From: a virus
DNA length: 64,000 bases
IMG/VR virus record: IMGVR_UViG_3300027909_000018
Strand: one strand, 5' to 3'
The notes beneath the pieces were generated by a model, which made no database searches, was not told where the DNA came from, and saw nothing but the letters and a program-made list of their open reading frames with translations. The position numbers were made by a program, and so were the translations under genes. Numbering within the stretch: position 1 is the first letter of the stretch; each line of letters starts with the position of its first letter. Below, in pieces: positions 37,584 through 46,323 of this stretch.

Positions 37584-38062
37584 GCTACGCCATGCTGTGC
37601 TTTTCTGTTCTTTGCTTCACAACGCCGCGCTGCGCGTGGCTACGCTTGCTTGGCTTCTCTTGACATCGCTTCGCTATGGTCGGCTAAGCTACGCTTGCTC
37701 GGCTGCACATCACTAGACTTTTCTAAGCTGCTCTATGCGTCGCTTGCTACGCTACGCTTCACTTAGCTGCACATCGCCGTGCCTAATTTTGCTTGCTATG
37801 CTCTACTGGACCGCGATCAACCGCGCTATGCCTCGCTGTGCTTGCTGTGCTTGGCACGTCTAGTCTGGACAGCGCTGGGCCGAGCTACGCCGAGCTACGC
37901 TTCGCTTGCTTCGCTGCTCTGCACTTCGCTTTTCTGCACTGGTCTAGGCATCGCTTGCTTTGCTTTGCTACGCTGAGCTTAGCTGGGCTACACATGGCCC
38001 GGCTTGCTTTGCTAAGCCGCAATTGGCTCCACTGCACTGTTCTGCGCTCCGCTTGCTCTGTC
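37584..38062 (-). ncRNA. Segmented (NN-AGC)n pentamer array, candidate guide-RNA array
   Basis: 87 pentamers hand-parsed: 43 end in AGC and 83 have G at the central constant position. Delimiter AAGC at 38051, 38002, 37953, 37904, 37840, 37791, 37742, 37693, 37644 (spacing 49,49,49,64,49,49,49,49). Confidence 0.8.
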
Positions 38063-38743
38063 CTACTCCGCCGCCTGGGCAACGGCGCTTTCATCAATCT
38101 CGAACGTTCCCCAGCCTTGCCCAACGCTTGCCTTTGAAAACGGACGGCCTGCGCCTACGCCGATGCTGATTCCGGAGTAGACAACCAGAGAGGCGATTGC
38201 TCGAGGCGTGAACGCCTTCGCGAGATACTTAACCCTAAGCAAACAGCTCCACTGGTCAAACTCGCCGGCCGAAACGATGCCAGACTTGCGCTGCCAGATA
38301 ACCGGTCGCTGGCGAATTGCCGGACCCGATCCGTGGATTCGAACCATACCGTTACAGTCCTGGTCCTCACCGTCTGGCAAGATGAACAGGCATTGCTTGG
38401 CGTGCGTCATGTCGATCCCCTCGGCGTAGCAAGCCCGCACCAGCGCGGCCCTAAACGCCATAGTCGGGATTCCGTGCCAGCCGTCTTTTGACGTGTGCAG
38501 CGAGTCGCGGCCGATTGCTTCGAAGTCGCGTGCCGGCTTTGCCTTGCTACGCTTCTTGGCTTTTGCCTCGACCTCGCCGATTGCCTGGTCCGTGATGATG
38601 GTCCCTTTGCTTACGTCCGAGAACCGATTGCTGACGTACTTAGCGGTCCCAACAATTGGGATCTCGATGACGTTGAACTGCGGGCGGGCAATGTCGATGA
38701 TCTTGGTTTCTGCTCTCTCTTCGTCTGTCTTGGGTTTTGCCAT
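38063..38743 (-). CDS. Stand-alone RAMP/Cas7-like protein (226 aa)
   Basis: Beta1 IEIPIVGTAKYVSN, GIPTMAFRAALVRAC (cf. IPGSSLKGALR) and C-terminal Gly-rich loop GVGAGRP...GQGWGTF; GGAGG RBS. Confidence 0.75.
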   Translation of the reverse strand: MAKPKTDEERAETKIIDIARPQFNVIEIPIVGTAKYVSNRFSDVSKGTIITDQAIGEVEAKAKKRSKAKPARDFEAIGRDSLHTSKDGWHGIPTMAFRAALVRACYAEGIDMTHAKQCLFILPDGEDQDCNGMVRIHGSGPAIRQRPVIWQRKSGIVSAGEFDQWSCLLRVKYLAKAFTPRAIASLVVYSGISIGVGAGRPFSKASVGQGWGTFEIDESAVAQAAE

Positions 38744-38769
38744 TGTGCTCCTCCTGAGCTACGCCCACT

Positions 38770-39643
38770 CTAATTCGTTTTACCTAAAAGGCAAGCCTCA
38801 AGTCGTTTCGCCGCTTCGATTGTCCGGTCTAGCTCTCGGCTTAGGCTCTCGAGCTGCCGGACGAGGGCTTGCCAGATGGCGAGGTCTGCTTTGCTCATCA
38901 CCACGTCGTATAATTCGTCAAATCCAACCCCTCCCCACACCGCCAGCAGTAGCAGAGCTCGGTTCTACCGATGCCACTCCCGTCGTGAAACTGGTACGCA
39001 ACGCTCTCGCCGTCGCATCGCGGGCTCCAGAGTTTCCGGTGCTCATGGTGCCAGAGGTCGGCCCGCGTGACCTGGTCTCGGGTGAGGGTGAAGCGCGCCA
39101 CGTCGTCCGCCTCCGTCATCTTCCAGTTGCGGAACTCCTCTCCGAAGTCGACGTAGAAGACGCGCTCATTCATCGCCGCTCTCCACCCTCGGACTCTCCA
39201 CGTACTTCGCACTCGGCGTCGCCCATATTTCGTCGTCGTTCCAGAGGGCTTCGGAAGCAATGCCCATCCATGACAGATTGGACAATCCGCACCCTACGAG
39301 TGATATCTTGCTCAAAGCCTCACGCAACAGCCGAATGCGTATGCCGGTCTTGACCAAGCGTGCCTCGCACTTGTCGCAGTCGCCCACTACCGCCACCCAA
39401 CCACCACCCACCCCACCGCAACCACGACGACGGCGGTGAGGGCGACACTCTCTAGAAAGTTTCTCACGTCACCCACTCCCCGACGAAGCGTGCGATGCGC
39501 GGCACGCCTTTGCACCATCCGTCGTTGAGTAGATACTTAACGTAATTCTGAGCTTCCCTTAGCGTCGGGTACTGCTCAATCGTCTCGTTACCCCATGCGT
39601 CGTGGGCTTTCCAGTACACAGCGTAAAACTCGGGCTTGTCCAT
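38770..39643 (-). other. Four small coupled hypothetical ORFs (38770..38898, 38898..39173, 39166..39411, 39464..39643)
   Basis: Hand translation; ATGA/TGATG overlaps. Confidence 0.55.
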
Positions 39644-40467
39644 CAGAGACTCACCTTCCGCTTCGGCGGGTGATAGCCGCGGTCCCTCGCCCTCTCGACG
39701 TAGCCGGCCGCGAGGTCGCTACAGAACGTGTCGAGTTCCTCCTCGAGCCAGCAGTTACCGTGCCCGAACTCGTTGTCTTGGCACCACTCGAACACGCCGA
39801 GCTCTTGGCCCGAAGCGGAGACAACGAAACAGAGGTAGCACGCCGCGTGTGAGCTCGGTTTGCTACCACATGCGTCGAACACGAGCCGCGCGCCAGGCGG
39901 GAGGCGGTCCTCGATGTAGGCGGCAACGGCGGTTTGGAAGTCGGCGAGGGTGGGTTGCGGCTCTGGCTCTACCGGCACACGCAGCGATATGCCCATCGGG
40001 TGCAGTGGCGCCGGCGCCGGTATCGTGTCCGCTATCGGCTTGTTGATAGAAACCTTGCCGTTGTCGAATCTGCCGATCTCTTTGCCGTTAAGGGTTATCG
40101 TACCCGTTATGTTTGACTTCGAGAAAGACGGCAATCCATAGTCAGGAAGCTCCGCCGCAATCGGCCTGCTCCCCGGGTCGTTGTACCAGACGCCGCCCTT
40201 GCTCCGGATTGGCGCCGAGTTGCTGATGCGCAGCTCTCCCGTGCTGCCGTCCGAGCCGAGGGCTACCCCCTCTCGCTCCACAATTCTCCACTTGGTTTCT
40301 GTGGATGTCGTGCCTAAAAACTCGTCTCGCTGCCACGCATACTCTCCATCTATCGCATCGACACGCATCCTACGCAGTGTCAAAATGTTCTCTATCGTAT
40401 CACCAACACGAATCTCGGTCCCGTTCACGTCTCGCATTGTCATCTCAATTCGCCTCTCCTCCCGCAC
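39643..40467 (-). CDS. Hypothetical protein, YopX-like N-terminus (tentative)
   Basis: RDVNGTEIRVGDTI motif. Confidence 0.5.
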   Translation of the reverse strand: MREERRIEMTMRDVNGTEIRVGDTIENILTLRRMRVDAIDGEYAWQRDEFLGTTSTETKWRIVEREGVALGSDGSTGELRISNSAPIRSKGGVWYNDPGSRPIAAELPDYGLPSFSKSNITGTITLNGKEIGRFDNGKVSINKPIADTIPAPAPLHPMGISLRVPVEPEPQPTLADFQTAVAAYIEDRLPPGARLVFDACGSKPSSHAACYLCFVVSASGQELGVFEWCQDNEFGHGNCWLEEELDTFCSDLAAGYVERARDRGYHPPKRKVSL

Positions 40468-40813
40468 CCCTAGCCGCCTCGTGTACCGTCATGTCGCGGT
40501 CCTCGCATTCGAACTGGTTACACACGCTCGCGTGACAGAGCAGACCAAGCGGCACCGCGAGATACGCCCAGTCGTCTTCGGTCTCTTCCTCGCAAGGACC
40601 CTTCCAGGCGATCATGTGCGCCGCCCGCAAGAGCACCGCAATCTGTCCGCTACGGTGTAGCTCAAGCCCTTTAGCGATCTTTGCCAAGACGTCGTCGAGC
40701 ATAGCGTGGGCTTCGTCCTCGGTCATGGGCTTGGCGTTGGCGTCGTCTACCACGGCACACACTCGTTTCCGGTCTGACAAGTCATTTGCCCGTGCCTTGC
40801 GTAGCACCGCCAC
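40445..40813 (-). CDS. Hypothetical protein
   Basis: Operon packing. Confidence 0.5.
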   Translation of the reverse strand: MAVLRKARANDLSDRKRVCAVVDDANAKPMTEDEAHAMLDDVLAKIAKGLELHRSGQIAVLLRAAHMIAWKGPCEEETEDDWAYLAVPLGLLCHASVCNQFECEDRDMTVHEAARGAGGEAN

Positions 40814-42420
40814 GCGCTATGGTACCGACGCGGGCACCCGTGCATCCGGTCGACGTAGATTTCGCAGAGCTCGGGGAACCCGCCGCGGGCGCGCTCGAGG
40901 TATGGGGTGTTGGGAAACGCTATGAACGGAAACGCTATCAATGCCGCTAGCCCAAGCAGAGCAATGAGACTGGCGATGGGGCTGCTAGCGTCGCTCATCT
41001 CCCCACCAAATACGCAGCCGCCACAACGCAAGCCATCGCCGAGAGCACAACGAGCCAGCCTATGCGGTTACTATTCACGCTTTCCTCCCAATCGCCCATC
41101 CCCACTGCAAGAGCTCGTGTCGGCTAATGTGCCCCGTCTGGTAAGCCCGCTTGAGCAGCTCGAGCCGCGAGTCGACGCCCCGGAGAGCCATCAGTGCCCC
41201 GTAGATTGTGGCTCGGTCCCAGGCGGTGCGGGTGAGGAGTCTCCATGCTCTCAGCGCTAACAGTCTCACTTCCTATCCTCCAGAGCTCGGGCTATTCGGT
41301 TTAGCTTGGCGTCGATGAACGGGAGCACGATCGCTACCGTGAACAGGGCAAAGGCGGTCACGGCACCCTCCTAACCTCAACCCCGCCGTCCGTCCCAGCA
41401 CACGCCGCATACTCGACACCGTCCGCCGCGAAGCACGCTGGCGCCCTTCGTTCTCCACACGCCGCCTCACACAGTTTGAGTCTGTGTTGCCCAGACCGGT
41501 AATCGCTGTACCCCTTAACGATGTTGAGGACGGTCAAAGCTCCCAGCCCAAGCAACAGGAGAACCACTCCGACGTCTCCCCACATCGACCGAGTCACCTC
41601 GGCCCCGCAATCAACGCCCCGGCGAACAACACGAGGGCAAACCCGAAACCGAATAGGAAGCCGGCGAGGAAGGTCATACGGTCACCGTGTGGGGCTCGAA
41701 CTTGACGCGAATTGCCATTATGCGGTGCATAGGAAACCAAACCGTCGAGTCTTCGTTTCCGACGCCAACCAGTCCCTCGGTTCCAACGGTCATCCTCCAT
41801 AGCGCAAACATCTGCCGTGCCGTTCGAACGCTAAGAAACCCGCTACCCGAAATTGTCGCGCTTGAATCAACCCACTTCGCCGTACCCTCAAACGCCGTCT
41901 CATGAATCTTCCCGTCGTCCGTCTCGACTTCGATTAACCCCTTTCCCACATCAATGTTCCGGGGCTCTCTTGGCTTGCGCTTTAACCAGCCGAACATCAC
42001 CTGTTCCTCCCGAACCTAATCAGATCGCTAAGGACCGTGTATCCGAATAGGAAGCACACCATGCCGTTGATGATGTCTTGAAAGCTCATCTCCCAAACTC
42101 CCACCAGCACGTCCGGTCGTCACACGCGAACCGTGCGGGTCGACCTCCCACAATCGCCTCGCAGCCGGTTATCGAGAACGAGACGTGCCGACACACAACC
42201 GTCGTCGCCCCCGTCTCCCTCGCGAACCGCTGCCGGTTAGCCTCGACGGTTTCCCAGTTGGTGCAGCCGACAAGCGCCAGCCCGAGGAGTAGCGACAGTT
42301 TCACAGCCCGCCCTTTTTAGGAGGCGACGCTAGCCGCACCACAACCAGCAACAGCTGCCACCCGGCGAACCAGACGAGGGGACAGAGAATCCACCACCAG
42401 AAGAATTGCCAGAAGGTCAC
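40747..42420 (-). other. Cluster of tiny membrane/secreted/lipoprotein ORFs (40747..40998, 41358..41597, 41997..42089, 42086..42304, 42301..42420) with soluble ORFs 41075..41269 and 41674..42000
   Basis: Hydrophobic N-termini; lipobox LALVGC in 42086..42304; Cys-rich C-termini. Confidence 0.55.
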
Positions 42421-42842
42421 GCCGCCCTCCCGTTCAGCCCCAGCCGCTTCCTGGAGTCCTCGTCAACACCAAACCGAATCAGATGCTCAAGGTCGTCGCT
42501 AATGGTCGCGCTACCGCCGCTCTGACAGTCCCAGCCCGTGTAATCGCAGCCGGCCTCGAGAAAGGCATAGAGCCCGTTCTTGATTTTGAACACTCCGATC
42601 CAAGACGGACCGTCATTCTCGCCCTCGGCACATGCAATGATCTCGACCACGTCGGCGCGAGTAAACTCGGGTGCGTCACCCTCATAACCGATGCACTTGC
42701 GCACGTCCGGCTCGTTGTATTGTCTGTAGGCTAAGTGAGCGTCGTCTTCGTAGCTCTTCGCAACCGGCTCGACTCCGCAACACTGGAAGGCATACGCCCA
42801 GTCACCGCCCCGCAGCTTCTCCGGGATATCTTCAAGCTTCAT
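42417..42842 (-). CDS. Conserved phage hypothetical protein (141 aa)
   Basis: GGAGG RBS; GENDGPSWIGVF...GCDYTGWDCQ. Confidence 0.65.
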   Translation of the reverse strand: MKLEDIPEKLRGGDWAYAFQCCGVEPVAKSYEDDAHLAYRQYNEPDVRKCIGYEGDAPEFTRADVVEIIACAEGENDGPSWIGVFKIKNGLYAFLEAGCDYTGWDCQSGGSATISDDLEHLIRFGVDEDSRKRLGLNGRAA

Positions 42843-42880
42843 ACCTGAGCCTCCATTTCGTTTTACCTATAACACAGACG

Positions 42881-43255
42881 CTAAGACGATGCCAAACGCG
42901 GCGGCACAATTCGGACGGGGATGCGGGCTTTGACACACCGGGTCACCATGTCGAGCAGGTCCGAGTGCTCGTCGGCTTCGCTTGCGGCGTCCCAAAACAT
43001 GAGACACATACGGGCGCCGCGGTCGACCTTATCGCGGTTGTTGACCATGCCCATGTTGGGACCGGCGTCCCGACGGGCAACCACCTCCGGCCCCCGCTTG
43101 GTGTTGAGTATGGCCCACTCGTCCGCCGCCTTGTCCGCCCCCGTGGGACAGCCGCCGTGGACGATGACCAAGCCCTCGCGGGGGAGCTTGGCGAGCCATT
43201 CCCATACGAGCTCGCGGTCGGTCCAGTCCCTGCACCCTGTTACGATTACCCGCAT
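42881..43255 (-). CDS. SLOG-family (DUF2493/YspA-like) protein
   Basis: RVIVTGCRDW, IVHGGCPTGAD motifs. Confidence 0.8.
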   Translation of the reverse strand: MRVIVTGCRDWTDRELVWEWLAKLPREGLVIVHGGCPTGADKAADEWAILNTKRGPEVVARRDAGPNMGMVNNRDKVDRGARMCLMFWDAASEADEHSDLLDMVTRCVKARIPVRIVPPRLASS

Positions 43256-43560
43256 TGTCTTGCCTCCATTCGCCAGCGGTTGATTACGTCGACCGTTTCC
43301 GCGGCACTACGCACAACAGCAACACGGTGCCCCTTGTTCACGAGCTCCGCATGGCGCCGCTTCTGCGCCTCGCTTAGCTTGCCCTCGTCGGTCTTCGTTT
43401 CGAGAAACCCGAGCTCGGTCCATCGGTCCGGGTAACCCTCGGGGGCGAAGTGCATCCACCCGCCGCGGACCTTGACGCGACCGCATTGGATTCGGAAGTG
43501 CATGACGCCGAGCACGTTGAGGGCGTCGGAGATTGAGGCGGATATTTGGGTTTCGCTCAC
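43246..43560 (-). CDS. VRR-NUC domain nuclease
   Basis: GYPD...FLETKTDEGKLSEAQ. Confidence 0.8.
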   Translation of the reverse strand: MSETQISASISDALNVLGVMHFRIQCGRVKVRGGWMHFAPEGYPDRWTELGFLETKTDEGKLSEAQKRRHAELVNKGHRVAVVRSAAETVDVINRWRMEARQCG

Positions 43561-44566
43561 AGGTCCTCGAAGTTGTCGGAGAGGTCGTCGACTAGCGCAC
43601 GGGTTGCCGCCGCTTCCGGGTCCTCAATCGCGTCGAAGCATGCGGAGTGTTCGTCCCATTTCATTGGTAGCAATGCCCCGCGGGGACCGTCTTTCACCTT
43701 GTCGGCGAACAAGCACCGCTCCCCGGCTTGAATCATCCCCCACTTATCCGAATCGATCGGCTTCTCCGGTGTGAACCCCAGAGAATCACCTCGGCCGCGT
43801 GTGACACATCGCGCGAATCACGGATCGAGTTCTTGTCCGGGTGTAGTTTTTTCTCGTTCTCTGTGAGCTGGCTGAACAGGATCCCGGCGATGCCGCCCGG
43901 CACTGCCGTCTTGGTAATGTCCGTCAGCACGCGGGCGATATAGCTAACCTGGTTCCGCCGGTCCTGTTGTGCCTTCTGGTTATCGAAAGCTTGCAGGTAG
44001 TCGAACGCGACCACGTCGATCGCGTGCTCGACGATGAGCCGCTTGACCCGGGGCGCTAGCCACTCCACGCCGCGTCCCCGGGCGTCGAGGAAAACCGGGG
44101 AGTCTTCGGCGCGCTTGGCTACGCCGATCGCCGCTTCGCGTTCCTCCGGTGTGAGCCGTTTCATGCGTAGATTATTGGCACTGATACGAGCTCGTCGAAG
44201 TAGCAGGCGGTCCCCGTAGATTTGCTCGGAGTCCTCGCTCGAGACGATAAGCACCCGCTTACCGCGCTTGATGTTCTCGTCGGCAATCATGACCAGCAGG
44301 CTCGACTTGCCCCAGCTCGTAGCCGCCCCGATGGTCCACACGAACCCGGGCTTGAGTCCGCCGGTGATCTGGTCCAGGCGGTAGTTCCCGGTCGTGCACG
44401 TGTGCCGCCGAGCTCGGTCGCTTGATCGCTTCACGGCGCCGTTGGTCAGGTCTCGGACGGTTAGCACCCGCGGGACATCGTCGGACACCACAACGGCATC
44501 GGCTGCCGGGTCGTCGGGTAGTGTTCCGGCTTGCAGGCGGTCGTTCTCGTCAAGCGGCATCGGCAC
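43557..44566 (-). CDS. dnaB: DnaB-like replicative helicase, split by a frameshift (43733..44566 plus 43557..43736)
   Basis: Walker A GAATSWGKS, VAFDYLQ, LFSQL, IRDS; final strands CLFADKVKDGPRG lie in another frame. Confidence 0.8.
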
Positions 44567-45581
44567 TCCTCCGGACCACGGCCCGGTCGCGGGTTGTCTT
44601 GACTATCTCGGCGGCGTAGCGTTCTCCGGCGTCGTCGTGGTGGGTTCGGACGATGAGCTCGCTCCCATACGGGATGCGGTCGGCGAAGTCTTGGGACCAG
44701 CTCCCGGACACAATCCCGAGCACCGGCATCCACGGAGCCTTGAGGCTCCAGCTAAAGAAATCTGGTTCCCCTTCGGCAACCACAACCCGGCAAGGGCTTC
44801 CGCGGTCGCTAGCCAGCATGTCCAGTGCCACGCGGTTAGCCATGACCAACCCCGAGGCGCGGTGTCCGGCTGGTGGCAATCGCTTTGGTCCGTCGCCAGC
44901 CTTAACACGCCAGGCACGGACCGATCGCATGGTCCCGGAGGCGTCGAAGACTGGGACTACAATCCTGAACCCCAACGCTGGCCACTCAGAGCCCCTGTAG
45001 CGAGCCCAGCTCGGGAGGGTACTCGCGCCTACCCCGGACCCCAAAGCGCGTCCTAACCCCATACGCGCGGCAGCACGGGGGTCTATTCCCCTACCCTCGA
45101 GGAGCCACTTGCTATCCTCGTCCTCGTCCAGAGGTCCGGAAGCATTCCAAAGTGACTCAACCTGAGACAGGTCCGGGTAGTCCCGGTCGGGTTCCGCCGG
45201 CGGCGCTACCGGCAGCGGTCTCGGCTCGTAAGCCTTTCCGTTCCGGAGCTCGTCGACGATGGCGTGCAAGCCGGCAATGCTAGCCGCCTCGACCATGACA
45301 TCGCGGAACCGGTTTTTGATGTCCATCCCGTGGACGGCGGCAACGAGGGTCAGGGCGTCCCCGGTCCAGCCACAGGAAAAGCAGCGAGCCCTGATGGTCC
45401 CATCCGGTCCCCGAGTTACCGAGCAGCTTGGGTTCCGGTCGTCGTGTGCGGGGCAGCGCACGATCCAACCCGATGCCTGCCGCTGTGCACCCTGAGACAG
45501 GCCGAGCCGCTCACACATCCGTCCGGGATCGGTGAGGGTTCGCCGTATCTCGGCGGCGTAGTCTGGGCCTACTCTGCCCAA
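44550..45581 (-). CDS. DNA primase (CHC2 zinc finger + TOPRIM)
   Basis: CPAHDDRNPSC...CFSC; VVVAEGEPDF; HHDDAG. Confidence 0.9.
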   Translation of the reverse strand: MGRVGPDYAAEIRRTLTDPGRMCERLGLSQGAQRQASGWIVRCPAHDDRNPSCSVTRGPDGTIRARCFSCGWTGDALTLVAAVHGMDIKNRFRDVMVEAASIAGLHAIVDELRNGKAYEPRPLPVAPPAEPDRDYPDLSQVESLWNASGPLDEDEDSKWLLEGRGIDPRAAARMGLGRALGSGVGASTLPSWARYRGSEWPALGFRIVVPVFDASGTMRSVRAWRVKAGDGPKRLPPAGHRASGLVMANRVALDMLASDRGSPCRVVVAEGEPDFFSWSLKAPWMPVLGIVSGSWSQDFADRIPYGSELIVRTHHDDAGERYAAEIVKTTRDRAVVRRSADAA

Positions 45582-46312
45582 CGAATCGCCCCCTGTGCGG
45601 TCTCTTGCTGTCCCGTCCGGGGACCAGCGTAGAGCTCTTCGGTCTTGGCCATCTGTCCAACACGGTTGCTAAATGTTTGCTGCCAACCTTTCTCGCTTCG
45701 GCGCTTTCCGGAACCCTTGCCGTGTATCCAGTACCACCTGAACTCGGGCACAATCTGGCGTATCCGTCCGGGATCGACGCCGTGTTTTGCCGTGAGAGCC
45801 TCGACGAGCTCGGGGGTGGGTTGCCAGTTCGCGTCCAGCGGCACCGGCTTGTTTGATGTCGAACCCGCGCGCTTTGGCGACGCGGGTCGGTCGTGGTCCT
45901 GGTCCTGGTCTAGGTCCTGGTCAGGCGCGAGACTGTCGGGAACTTTCGCGAGAGTCTCGGGAACTTTCTCGAAGAGATTGTCCGGAGGGCCAGGAACCCT
46001 AGGCTTTCCGGGCTTGTCCACACGCTGGTGCTTGTCCCAATTCCTGATTGAGAAGTAACTTTGACCGTCCGCGTTATAAATTCCGGCGTACCTTATCCGG
46101 ACGAGCTCGCCGAGTGCCTTGTCAAGTGTGTCCAGGGATTCGCTCAACGGAAAGACGCGCCCCGACAACTGGACACGTCCGGCGCGCCCGTTGCCGTAGT
46201 CGTCGGCCAAAAGGATTAGGGCCACTGAAAGCGTGCGCGCGTCGGACGAGCACATAACTAGCAGCTCGTCCTCTAGCCACTCCGGCTTGAGACTGCGGAT
46301 GCGACCGATCAA
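45569..46312 (-). CDS. Phage replication initiator
   Basis: RIRSLKPEW..DE, LILLADDYG N-terminus; DnaT-like C-terminus (FRWYW...WQQTF.N). Confidence 0.8.
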   Translation of the reverse strand: MIGRIRSLKPEWLEDELLVMCSSDARTLSVALILLADDYGNGRAGRVQLSGRVFPLSESLDTLDKALGELVRIRYAGIYNADGQSYFSIRNWDKHQRVDKPGKPRVPGPPDNLFEKVPETLAKVPDSLAPDQDLDQDQDHDRPASPKRAGSTSNKPVPLDANWQPTPELVEALTAKHGVDPGRIRQIVPEFRWYWIHGKGSGKRRSEKGWQQTFSNRVGQMAKTEELYAGPRTGQQETAQGAIRWAE

Positions 46313-46323
46313 ATCGTCCTCCT

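Noticed and set aside
37584-38062. Classical CRISPR or TIGR array, or simple microsatellite
   Set aside because: No long identical repeats with unique spacers, no cas1/2 and no Nop-domain gene seen; variable NN with a fixed unit length argues against a plain microsatellite.
37438-38169. ORF-track proteins over the pentamer array (e.g. 37885..38124, 37793..38137)
   Set aside because: Low-complexity Ala/Lys/Ser/Cys/Leu translations produced by the 5-nt periodicity; no RBS; the 49-nt register is not a multiple of 3.
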